Assembly: GCA_004356415.1 (NCBI GenBank) | Contig: SMWN01000012.1 | Coordinates: 1 to 27,468, forward strand | Reading direction: 5' to 3' | Origin: Gammaproteobacteria bacterium | GTDB lineage: Bacteria > Pseudomonadota > Gammaproteobacteria > Eutrophobiales > Eutrophobiaceae | DNA length: 27,468 bases | In this document: one piece after another, positions 1 to 9,798 of the stretch | Layout: each line of letters starts with the position of its first letter | How positions within the stretch are numbered: the first letter of the stretch is position 1 | Position numbers and translations under genes: made by a program | The notes under the pieces: model-generated | Seen by the model: the letters and a program-made list of their open reading frames with translations, nothing else | Told to the model about the DNA's origin: nothing | Database searches by the model: none

Positions 1-26
1 CCGTTCTTCCTTAGCCCAACACTTAT

Positions 27-113
27 GCCGAGGTGGCGGAATTGGTAGACGCGCTAGCTTCAGGTGCTAGTATGGGTAACCATGTGGAGGTTCAAGTCCT
101 CTTCTCGGCACCA
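27..113 (+). tRNA. tRNA-Leu (anticodon CAG)
   Basis: Cloverleaf: acceptor GCCGAGG/TCTCGGC, D-loop AATTGGTAGAC, anticodon stem CTAGC/GCTAG with loop TT-CAG-GT (CAG at 61-63), long variable arm ATGG-GTAA-CCAT, T-loop TTCAAGT, encoded CCA at 111-113. Confidence 0.97.
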
Positions 114-250
114 TAATTACATTGTAAATTCATAGATGTACCTCGTCGAAGACTACGTCCTCGTCACTCATTTGCGCATCCATGCGCCCGCGACACTTGT
201 GCTCACCCCACAAGGGGGTACCGAGGTCCTGCACGTCGTTCTCGGCACCA
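114..250 (+). repeat. Structured insert ending in a 12-bp direct repeat of the tRNA-Leu 3' end (att-like or tRNA-linked repeat)
   Basis: TTCTCGGCACCA occurs at 102-113 (tRNA end) and again at 239-250. The interval holds hairpins GCGCAT-CC-ATGCGC (174-187) and ACCCC-ACAAG-GGGGT (205-219). Confidence 0.7.
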
Positions 251-282
251 TTGATTTCTTTGTTATACCCAAACTACTTGTA

Positions 283-1593
<1,311 letters not shown>

Positions 1594-1611
1594 TTAGAAT
1601 ACAAAAATGTG

Positions 1612-2808
1612 TTATTGAGGAACAACGACCCACAGACCGTCCTGACATTCAAGTCGCTTGTCACAACCCATGTCTTCCGGCGTATCATTCTGCCCCGGCA
1701 ATTCGCAGATAACGATTTTACCCTGATTTCGTAAATTTCTGATGGCCTCCATTTGACCTGGCTCATCACTGCACGGCACAAAAATACCCGGGATGCTTTC
1801 TGCATCACTATTACTCAGGCCGAGTAAGGTTTTAATATCTGTACTAAATCCGGTTGCTGGACGTGCACGACCAAAAGCACTTCCAATATCATCATAGCGT
1901 CCACCAAAAGCGATGCCCTGACCACAGCCCGGCACATAAGCTGTAAAGACAATTCCCGTGTGATAGTGATATCCGCGCAATTCGGACAAATCAAAATTCA
2001 ATGTCACCTCTGGCATTCTCTTGCTGATCAATTCGAATATATTCTGTAATTCATCCAGACAATACTTAATCTCTGAATTAATATTTTCAAATGAAGCTCT
2101 GGCTTCTTTGAAATCATCAATTGCACCATTCGCAGTTATCAACGCTTTAAACATCTTTCCTGCTTCTGCAGACAAAGAACCTTCTGAAATCATGTCATTT
2201 AATTCAGGCATCGCCTTTCGCTGTAGTACATCAAATAATTCCAGTTCCTTGTCTTCTTTGAGGCCTTCATCCAGTTTTGCTAATTGAACAAGATTGTTAT
2301 AAACACCGACGTGACCAAGATCGACATGAATTTTTTCAATCCCTGCCTTCTTTAACGTCTCAATCATTAAACACAATACTTCGATATCACTTTCAATCCC
2401 TTTGTGTCCATAGAGCTCAGCACCCACCTGCAATGGGCTTCGATTACCCCCGGTATTTTCTGGACGCGTATGCAAAACCGTTCCCAGATAACATAATCTC
2501 GTCGGCACTTCCCTCTTCAGATTATGGGCATCGATTCTCGCAACCTGGGGTGTTGTATCGGCACGCACACCCATTAAGCGACCACTTAGCTGATCAGTCA
2601 GTTTAAATATTTGCAGATCCAGATCTTTGCCTGTCCCCGTAAGTAAAGAATCCATATATTCAATCATTGGCGGAATCACTAATTGGTATCCCCACGTTGC
2701 ATATAGATCAATGATCCCCCGACACAACTGATCGAGCTGCCCGGCTCGAGGTGGCAGTATTTCTTCTATCCCTTCAGGTAATATCCAACTACTTTGAGTC
2801 TTCATCAT
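1612..2808 (-). CDS. hisZ: ATP phosphoribosyltransferase regulatory subunit
   Basis: 398 aa. HisRS-like motifs LPEGIEE, RADTTPQVARID, QVGAELYG, DLSELRGYHYHTG, GGRYD, RPATGFS. Conserved position upstream of purA. Confidence 0.96.
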   Translation of the reverse strand: MMKTQSSWILPEGIEEILPPRAGQLDQLCRGIIDLYATWGYQLVIPPMIEYMDSLLTGTGKDLDLQIFKLTDQLSGRLMGVRADTTPQVARIDAHNLKREVPTRLCYLGTVLHTRPENTGGNRSPLQVGAELYGHKGIESDIEVLCLMIETLKKAGIEKIHVDLGHVGVYNNLVQLAKLDEGLKEDKELELFDVLQRKAMPELNDMISEGSLSAEAGKMFKALITANGAIDDFKEARASFENINSEIKYCLDELQNIFELISKRMPEVTLNFDLSELRGYHYHTGIVFTAYVPGCGQGIAFGGRYDDIGSAFGRARPATGFSTDIKTLLGLSNSDAESIPGIFVPCSDEPGQMEAIRNLRNQGKIVICELPGQNDTPEDMGCDKRLECQDGLWVVVPQ

Positions 2809-2841
2809 ATTTTTTGAAACTTATTGATTTTTACTTGGGGC

Positions 2842-3027
2842 TCAACGAACCAAATAAAGTAATAGCAACCCCGACAGCATGCTCGTCAATCCAATAAAAC
2901 GTAATTTCGTATCATTCATACCTGCAACCAAAATGAACATTTTACGTAAGCCTGCAGGATTACAAAACGGCATGATTCCCTCGATAATGAAGACCAAGGC
3001 CAGTGCTGTAAAAAAGTCAATCCACAT
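2842..3027 (-). CDS. yjeT: DUF2065 family small membrane protein
   Basis: 61 aa, two hydrophobic helices, LALVFIIEGIMPF...LRFIGL pattern. Canonical position after hflC. Confidence 0.88.
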   Translation of the reverse strand: MWIDFFTALALVFIIEGIMPFCNPAGLRKMFILVAGMNDTKLRFIGLTSMLSGLLLLYLVR

Positions 3028-3071
3028 CAGGTTTTCCTAAGATCTTTTTGCAACACAGGCCAAATCTGCCG

Positions 3072-3102
3072 GAGATACCCTGGTAAATTTCCAGGATACC
3101 TC
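3072..3102 (-). other. Intergenic stem-loop between hflC and yjeT
   Basis: On the minus strand GAGGUAUCCUGG pairs with CCAGGGUAUCUC (12 bp, two G-U), 7-nt loop. No U-tract follows. Confidence 0.55.
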
Positions 3103-3139
3103 TGACTCGATTCTAGATTATAAATCTTGGGTTATAACG

Positions 3140-4006
3140 CTATCGACCTAGCGGATGATTAAAATATTTAAAGAAATCTGACTCAGGCGAAATCAGCAGA
3201 ATATCATTTTGGCCACCAAAACTTTTCTGATAGGCCGTTAAACTCCTGTAGAAGGCATAGAATTCCTTATCCTTACCGAAGGCAGCGGCATAAGTCTCCG
3301 TTGCCTGTGCATCACCTTCACCCCTGGTGATCTCGGCATCACGATAAGCATTCGCCAGGATGACTTCCCGTTCCCTATCAGCAGTTGCGCTAATCCTTTC
3401 AGCAGCTTCCGCACCGCGTGCGCGAAAATCCTTGGCTACGCGTAAACGCTCAGCGCGCATTCTCTCATAAACGGAGTGGCTGACTTCTGCTGGCAAATCA
3501 ATCCTTTTTGTTCTGATATCAACGACCAATATACCCAGTTCCTGTGGTAATTGAGCTATCGTTGCTGCAAGCGCATCAAATATTTCACCACGATCACCAG
3601 CCACCACTTCCTGTACGGTTTTCTTACCAAATTCATCACGCAATGCTCTGGTGATTCGCTGTTCAAGCAATCCATTCGCATATTGAACGTCACCACCCAG
3701 GGATATCGTGTAAAACTTGCCAACGTCAGAAATACGCCATTTGACGTAATAGTCGACAATCACATCTTTTTTCTCTTTAGTAAGAAAACGTTGCGGCTCC
3801 TGATCAAGGTTTAATAACCTTTTCTCAAAAGTCTGTGAGGTATTTACACCTGGGATTTTAAAATGTAGACCTGGCTTATAATCAGACCTCTCAATTTCAC
3901 GAAATTTGAAGACAATTGCTTGCTCCCATTGTTGAACCTTAAACAGGGAAACAGACGCAATCAGTGCCAGTAAAATAACTGCAATAATAATCTTTGGACC
4001 CATCAT
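3140..4006 (-). CDS. hflC: FtsH protease modulator HflC (SPFH domain)
   Basis: 288 aa. N-terminal TM helix, PGLHFKIP, VYERMRAER, YAFYRSL. Follows hflK. Confidence 0.97.
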   Translation of the reverse strand: MMGPKIIIAVILLALIASVSLFKVQQWEQAIVFKFREIERSDYKPGLHFKIPGVNTSQTFEKRLLNLDQEPQRFLTKEKKDVIVDYYVKWRISDVGKFYTISLGGDVQYANGLLEQRITRALRDEFGKKTVQEVVAGDRGEIFDALAATIAQLPQELGILVVDIRTKRIDLPAEVSHSVYERMRAERLRVAKDFRARGAEAAERISATADREREVILANAYRDAEITRGEGDAQATETYAAAFGKDKEFYAFYRSLTAYQKSFGGQNDILLISPESDFFKYFNHPLGR

Positions 4007-5154
4007 TAACGTACTCCTCTACTTCTGTTTCCAGGCTGACCAGGCACAGATCCCGGAAGCCTTGACTGTGCATCTGATTTAAACTGTCCAGGAACTGACA
4101 ATCTCCCAGCAGACAATTCTCCGCGCCTCTCCATTAATTTATCAATTGGCAAGTACATCAAACTATTACTATTTACAGAATCAATCAGTACTTTGCTGGA
4201 ATTCGATAAAACGGATTCAATTGCGTCAATGTAGAGACGCTGACGTGTCACCTCTGGTGCGAGTTGATACTCTGCGAGTAATTGCTCAAATCGACTGGCC
4301 TCACCTTCGGCCCTGGCGATGACTTTTGCCTTATAGGCAGTCGCTTCTTCACGCAAGCGTGCGGCCCCACCCCTCGCCTTTGGAATAGTATCGTTTCTAT
4401 ATGCCTCTGCCTGGTTGACCGATTTCTGTTCATCCTCTCTTGCCTTGATGGCATCATCAAACGCAGCCTTTACTTCATCAGGCGGTTTTGCTGTTTGCAT
4501 TTCAACCTTGGCAATCACAACACCAGATTTGTAAATATCCATGATTTCCTGGATTAAAACTTCCTGTCTCTGGGCAATCTCACTTCGACCTTCGGTCAGA
4601 ACAAAATCCAGTTTGCTCTTACCAATCACCTCACGCACAGCACTTTCAGTCACTTGTCGCAAGGTTGCAGCGGGTGCTAAAAGATTGAACAGATAATCAG
4701 CTGGATCCCTGATCTTCCATTGCACTGCGACTTCAACATCAACAATATTCTCATCTTGCGTCAACATAGTCGCCTGATGGCTAATTGAACGCAATTGTCC
4801 AACGTTCACTTTAATCACTTTTTCAATTGGACGTGGGAAACGCAAACTAAGCCCAGGTGGCAGATCGGCCACATGTTCACCGAAACGCAAAACAACTCCA
4901 CGCTCCTGTTCGTCAATTGCATAGAATGAATCGAAAACCAACCAGGCCATGATTGCGATTAAAATAAAGGCCACTGGTAATGCGGAACCGCCCCCATTGG
5001 ATGATGTTCTTCCAAATATCCCCCCCAGACTTTGCTGCATCTTGCGTACAATCTCATCCAGATCCGGTGGACCATCACCTCTATTTTTCCTGCCCCCATT
5101 ACTACCCCAGGGGTCTTTCCCGTTATTTCCACCAGGTGGTTCATTCCAACCCAT
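4006..5154 (-). CDS. hflK: FtsH protease modulator HflK (SPFH domain)
   Basis: MGWNEPPG...DPW...PPDLDE, MLTQDENIV, AFDDAIKAREDE. Start placed at 5154 because GGAGG lies just upstream; the ORF track starts at 5181. Confidence 0.97.
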   Translation of the reverse strand: MGWNEPPGGNNGKDPWGSNGGRKNRGDGPPDLDEIVRKMQQSLGGIFGRTSSNGGGSALPVAFILIAIMAWLVFDSFYAIDEQERGVVLRFGEHVADLPPGLSLRFPRPIEKVIKVNVGQLRSISHQATMLTQDENIVDVEVAVQWKIRDPADYLFNLLAPAATLRQVTESAVREVIGKSKLDFVLTEGRSEIAQRQEVLIQEIMDIYKSGVVIAKVEMQTAKPPDEVKAAFDDAIKAREDEQKSVNQAEAYRNDTIPKARGGAARLREEATAYKAKVIARAEGEASRFEQLLAEYQLAPEVTRQRLYIDAIESVLSNSSKVLIDSVNSNSLMYLPIDKLMERRGELSAGRLSVPGQFKSDAQSRLPGSVPGQPGNRSRGVR

Positions 5155-5210
5155 ACGATATTTCCTCCAATCTTCAGGCATTACACCAATTCTCTAGGCC
5201 GTGTATTGTC

Positions 5211-6527
5211 TCACTGTCGCAGTATATCTTCCAGACCTGATTCCACGCTTATTTCCTGGCCCAGTTCAAGCCCCGATTGCCGAAACAGCTGGTCTAATCT
5301 TTGCGATTCAATATCGACTTCCATTACCCAACCCCCTTTTTCATCGCACCGTTCATTGCGCACAACGCCCATACCAAATAAGTGTGCTCGTAATTTTCCT
5401 GCAGATGCCGGCAAACTAAGTCGATGATGCTGGACTCTGGAACGAATAAACTGGGTAATCGCCATTAATAGGCCATCAATGCCTTCACCAGTACTGGCTG
5501 ATAACCATACTCTGTCCAGAGAATTGTTCTCATTCATTTCAATTCTTGCGCTCATTTCTTCATTCAGATCAATCTTATTGTAAACCTCAATCTGCGGAAC
5601 ACCCCCGGCCCCGATTTCGTTGATGACCTGATTGACCTGCTCAATCTGACTATGACGTTGATCACTGGTAACATCTACAATGTGTAAAAGTAGATCTGCT
5701 GCTATGATTTCTTCCAATGTGGCATGAAATGCGTCCACGAGATCATGCGGGAGATGTCTGATAAAGCCGACTGTGTCGGTTAAAATCACCGGGGTTGCAG
5801 GTGCCAGTTCAATACGTCGAAATGTTGGGTCGAGTGTTGCAAACAGCTTGTTCGCAACGTAGACATCCGAACCCGTCAGTCGATTGAATAATGTAGATTT
5901 CCCCGCGTTGGTATAGCCCACAAGAGACACCACCGGGATGGCAGATCGGGTTCGTCTTTTTCTCCCTTGCTGGCGCTGGCGCCTGACCTTCTCCAGGCGA
6001 GTGTTTATTGTCTTGATTCGTTTGCCTATCAAGCGACGGTCTGTCTCCAACTGTGTTTCGCCGGGGCCCCTTAAGCCAATTCCCCCTTTCTGGCGCTCTA
6101 AATGTGTCCAACCCCGGATCAGACGGGTCGACAAATGTTGCAATTGCGCCAATTCGACCTGCAATTTTCCTTCAAAACTTCTTGCCCGCTGGGCGAAAAT
6201 ATCGAGGATTAGTCCAACACGATCAACCACTCTACATTGGCAAGCTTTCTCCAGATTGCGCTCCTGTCTAGGACTGAGTGTATGATTAAATATGACGACA
6301 TCGGCCTGAGTGGCCATCACTATTTGTTTGATTTCCTCGACCTTTCCACAGCCGATGAAAAACCTGGGATCGGGCACATTTCTGGAACATGTCACGGTAC
6401 TTGCAGGGTGGAGTCCAGCGGAGGTCACTAACTCAACAAATTCATCAAGTCCTTCATTGAATTCAGTCTTTTGAAACTCTATATTAACGAGAACAGCAAG
6501 CTCGCTGATGATTGCCTCGTTACTCAA
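5211..6527 (-). CDS. hflX: Ribosome-splitting GTPase HflX
   Basis: GPGETQLETDRR, G1 GYTNAGKST, LFATLDPT, DTVGF, NKID. TTG start. Confidence 0.98.
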   Translation of the reverse strand: MSNEAIISELAVLVNIEFQKTEFNEGLDEFVELVTSAGLHPASTVTCSRNVPDPRFFIGCGKVEEIKQIVMATQADVVIFNHTLSPRQERNLEKACQCRVVDRVGLILDIFAQRARSFEGKLQVELAQLQHLSTRLIRGWTHLERQKGGIGLRGPGETQLETDRRLIGKRIKTINTRLEKVRRQRQQGRKRRTRSAIPVVSLVGYTNAGKSTLFNRLTGSDVYVANKLFATLDPTFRRIELAPATPVILTDTVGFIRHLPHDLVDAFHATLEEIIAADLLLHIVDVTSDQRHSQIEQVNQVINEIGAGGVPQIEVYNKIDLNEEMSARIEMNENNSLDRVWLSASTGEGIDGLLMAITQFIRSRVQHHRLSLPASAGKLRAHLFGMGVVRNERCDEKGGWVMEVDIESQRLDQLFRQSGLELGQEISVESGLEDILRQ

Positions 6528-6551
6528 AAAAATAATCCAAGTAGCGCGGCC

Positions 6552-6842
6552 TTACGCCTCTCCATGATCAAGGCCGTTGTCATGGTCATCATCTGCCCTA
6601 GGCTGCTTATCATGGTCATCGTCTGCCCTGGGCAGCTTGACGTTACGTGCAGGAACAATGGTTGATATTGCATGTTTATAGACGAGTTGACCGACAGAAT
6701 TTTTTAAAAGCACTACAAATTGATCAAATGATTCCACATGTCCTGTGAGTTTAATCCCGTTAACAAGAAATACTGACACAGGTATCCGCTCTTTGCGTAA
6801 AACGTTAAGAAACGGATCTTGCAGGGTATGCCCCTTACTCAT
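6552..6842 (-). CDS. hfq: RNA chaperone Hfq with duplicated acidic tail
   Basis: LQDPFLN, LVNGIKL, YKHAIST. Start at 6842 (MSKGH) with an AAGGAG SD at 6850-6855. Confidence 0.99.
   Translation of the reverse strand: MSKGHTLQDPFLNVLRKERIPVSVFLVNGIKLTGHVESFDQFVVLLKNSVGQLVYKHAISTIVPARNVKLPRADDDHDKQPRADDDHDNGLDHGEA
6580..6639. repeat. 30-bp tandem duplication in the hfq 3' end
   Basis: Units 6580-6608 and 6610-6638 differ at 3 positions and encode [10 protein letters not shown] / [10 protein letters not shown]. Confidence 0.92.
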
Positions 6843-6877
6843 AACAATTCTCCTTGTTATCAAATTATAATTATTAT

Positions 6878-6908
6878 GAGCCTGACATCGGCTCTTTTAT
6901 TATTTTTT
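6878..6908 (+). terminator. Hairpin plus T-rich tract, oriented antisense to the operon
   Basis: GAGCC-TGACATC-GGCTC followed by TTTTATTATTTTTT on the + strand. The stem is short. Confidence 0.3.
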
Positions 6909-6957
6909 ATTGGAACCTCTAAGCACGCACGGGCCCCTTAGTTATCTGCATAGTATA

Positions 6958-7902
6958 TTACATTTGGGACAATAAATGCTCTTTTTGCCCCAAAATCCCC
7001 TGTATCTTGTCAACGAGTTCGGATTCCCCACAATTAAAGAAAATGGCATTTTCTTCTTTTCTTAGCCAGGTCATTTGTCGCTTTGCCAATTGTCGCGTTG
7101 CAATAATTCCTTTTTCAACCATTTGACCGTAATCCATTTTTCCATCCAGATAATCCCATATCTGCCGATAACCAACCATTCGCATGGCGGACAATGTCCC
7201 GCAAAATCGGTCATTTCCATAAAAAGTCCTGACTTCCTCGACGAATCCCTGATCAAGCATCTTCAGGAATCTAGTTTTGATTCTCTCATACAGCATTATC
7301 CGATCTTCCGGGTTAAGAATAATTTTAATCACCTCGAAGGGTAGTGGTCTTGATGTCTCATCTTTAAAGTGATCGGTCATATTACGACCACTAATTTCGT
7401 AGATTTCCAGGGCACGCTGGATCCGTTGAGGATCATTCGGGTGAATCCTGTCAGCAGCCACAGGATCAATCCCGGCAAGCCGTCTGTGCATGGCCTCCCA
7501 ACCTAACTCATTGGCTTCTGACTCGAGCTGCTGTCTTACTTCCTCATCCGCGTCCGGTAAATCCGAGATTCCAGACTCCAGAGAACGGAAATATAAACCA
7601 GACCCACCCACAAGTAGCGGCACCCGCTGATCTGTATGTATTTCATCGATCGCTTGCAAGGCATCGCGTCGAAATCTGGCAGCCGAGTAAGTCTCATCTG
7701 GCTCACAGACATCAATCAGGCGATGCGGAACCTTTTTGAGGAGAACCTTGGACGGCTTGGCCGTGCCGATATCCATCCCCCGGTAAACCATGGCAGAATC
7801 AACGCTGATGAGTTCTATGGGAAGTCGATTGAATAGCTCCACTGCAATGTCGGTCTTTCCTGTTGCCGTCGGTCCCATTAAAAAAATAGCAGGTAAAGTC
7901 AT
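6958..7902 (-). CDS. miaA: tRNA dimethylallyltransferase
   Basis: GPTATGKT, DSAMVYRGMDIGTAKP, VGGSGLY, HPNDPQRIQRALE, TRQLAKRQMTW. Confidence 0.98.
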   Translation of the reverse strand: MTLPAIFLMGPTATGKTDIAVELFNRLPIELISVDSAMVYRGMDIGTAKPSKVLLKKVPHRLIDVCEPDETYSAARFRRDALQAIDEIHTDQRVPLLVGGSGLYFRSLESGISDLPDADEEVRQQLESEANELGWEAMHRRLAGIDPVAADRIHPNDPQRIQRALEIYEISGRNMTDHFKDETSRPLPFEVIKIILNPEDRIMLYERIKTRFLKMLDQGFVEEVRTFYGNDRFCGTLSAMRMVGYRQIWDYLDGKMDYGQMVEKGIIATRQLAKRQMTWLRKEENAIFFNCGESELVDKIQGILGQKEHLLSQM

Positions 7903-7903
7903 C

Positions 7904-9667
7904 TCAGCCTTTTCTCTTCAATAAATTACTAAGAGTTTCACCATCGAGAATCCGCCATGCACCATTCTTTAAATTTATTGCAGACGTCATACTGACCACT
8001 TTTAATTCAGTCAGTAGTTGTGTCACCAACCTGTCGTCTATATTTATCGATCCTGCATCATTCACATGCCCGGACATCATGGATAGGATCTGCCAGTTAG
8101 ATTGGCCAGATTTTATCAGTTGGATCATGTCATCTATCAGTTTCGTTATGTCTGCATACTCAAATAGTATAGGTATTTCACGTATTAATAAGCTAGCTGG
8201 CGCGACCCGCTCTATTTTCAAACCAAAACTTTTAAATACAGACACTTTACTCTCGACCAAATTACCCTCTTCTATCGAAACGTTCATTGTGAGTGGCACA
8301 AGTAATGGCCTTCTACGAATTCCTTGTTTTGCGAAATCATTTTCCAGTTTCGATAAGACAACAATTTCCTGACACAAAAAAACATCGAGCAAAAATGTTT
8401 GATCCTCCATTTGTGTAATCAGATATCGCCCGTCCTCAATTAGTAGGAAATTATTCGAGGTCGATGACGATTTGTCCCAATACTGACTTTTGGCCTGACT
8501 TTTGGCCTGAATTCTAGACTTTAGAGTAGACGAGTATTGCGCACCTCGTTCCTGAATACCTTTCTCCTGGCTCCCCTGCGTACACCCTGCAAACAACCCA
8601 CTAATATATTGGCTATTGGAAATATCAGGGTGCGCACTTGACTCTGTCCCAGCGGTATTCCTCTCACATGCCTGCTTCAGGGCACTAAAAATAAAATCAT
8701 GGACATCTCTTGACTGACGAAATCTCACCTCTTGTTTGGTAGGATGTACATTGACGTCAACATCACCTGCATCCATCTCCAGAAATAAAACATAGACTGC
8801 GTGTTTACCGGTATAAAGATGATCCTGAGTTGCCAGTCGTACCGCGTGATTCACTTGCTTGTCTCGAATCACTCTACCATTCAAATAAAAATACTGGCGA
8901 TCCACCTGATTCCTGGCAATCCCCGGATGACCTAACCAGCCACATAATCGCAAACCGTTACGTTCGTCACTAAGTTCGAACGCGTTCGAAAGAAATGATT
9001 TGCCAAATACCGCATTTACACGTTCAGTGATATCCTTCTGTTGCCCAGAACACTGCAAAATGGTTTTGTTATTGTGTTTTAAATGGAACGAAACATCATA
9101 TCGACTCAAGGCCACTTGTCGTACAATCTCACGGATATGAAAAAATTCAGTATTATCGGTTCGTAGAAATTTACGTCTCGCTGGCGTATTAAAAAACAGA
9201 TCCCATACCTCAACATTCGTACCAACACCCATGGCTATTGGAGCTTGCTCCGTCTGTGAATCTCCATGTTTTACATCGATTGACCAGCCATGTTCTTCAT
9301 CAAAGATACGAGAAGACAGCTTTAATCTGGAGACAGAAGCAATACTGGATAATGCCTCACCACGAAACCCCAGGGTGTTTATTCTCGCCAGTTCTGCCTG
9401 TGTATTGAGTTTACTGGTCGCATGTTGTGCCAATGCCAGCGGCAGATCTTCAGGATGTATGCCACAACCATTGTCCTGTAGGCTAATCAGCAATCGCCCG
9501 CCTTTCTTGATATCAAGCTTAATCTCGGATGCCCCCGCATCCAGACTATTCTCCAGTAATTCCTTGACCACTGACGCAGGACGTTCAATGACTTCACCCG
9601 CGGCAATCTGGTTAGCAAGTGATGTAGAGAGTTTGTGTATTCTTGAAGGAGAAACTGCATTTGCCAT
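7904..9667 (-). CDS. mutL: DNA mismatch repair protein MutL (C-terminal endonuclease motifs degenerate)
   Basis: GEVIERPASVVKELLENSLDAGA, DNGCGI, HATSK, GFRGEAL, FFNTPARRKFL, DVNVHPTKQEVRF. Confidence 0.98.
   Translation of the reverse strand: MANAVSPSRIHKLSTSLANQIAAGEVIERPASVVKELLENSLDAGASEIKLDIKKGGRLLISLQDNGCGIHPEDLPLALAQHATSKLNTQAELARINTLGFRGEALSSIASVSRLKLSSRIFDEEHGWSIDVKHGDSQTEQAPIAMGVGTNVEVWDLFFNTPARRKFLRTDNTEFFHIREIVRQVALSRYDVSFHLKHNNKTILQCSGQQKDITERVNAVFGKSFLSNAFELSDERNGLRLCGWLGHPGIARNQVDRQYFYLNGRVIRDKQVNHAVRLATQDHLYTGKHAVYVLFLEMDAGDVDVNVHPTKQEVRFRQSRDVHDFIFSALKQACERNTAGTESSAHPDISNSQYISGLFAGCTQGSQEKGIQERGAQYSSTLKSRIQAKSQAKSQYWDKSSSTSNNFLLIEDGRYLITQMEDQTFLLDVFLCQEIVVLSKLENDFAKQGIRRRPLLVPLTMNVSIEEGNLVESKVSVFKSFGLKIERVAPASLLIREIPILFEYADITKLIDDMIQLIKSGQSNWQILSMMSGHVNDAGSINIDDRLVTQLLTELKVVSMTSAINLKNGAWRILDGETLSNLLKRKG
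8483..8510. repeat. Perfect 12-bp tandem repeat in the mutL linker
   Basis: CTGACTTTTGGC x2 plus CTGA, encoding QAKSQAKSQ. Confidence 0.9.
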
Positions 9668-9798
9668 AATGCGCTATCATACGGCAGCTATAGATGATCA
9701 GATAGACAACAGATACATCACAGCCAGATTCGCAACAACAAACTAAGCAAAAATGTTCAGGAAACTATTTGGTGAAAAACTCCAAGCAAATTACCCAG

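Noticed and set aside
6528-6554. hfq and hflX are in the same frame, separated only by TAA and 8 sense codons (possible read-through fusion)
   Set aside because: A shared frame has a 1-in-3 chance, TAA is rarely read through, and hflX has its own plausibly placed TTG start.
9231-9746. 171-aa ORF antisense to mutL and similar antisense ORFs over other genes
   Set aside because: These are codon-bias shadows of conserved genes with no independent motifs.
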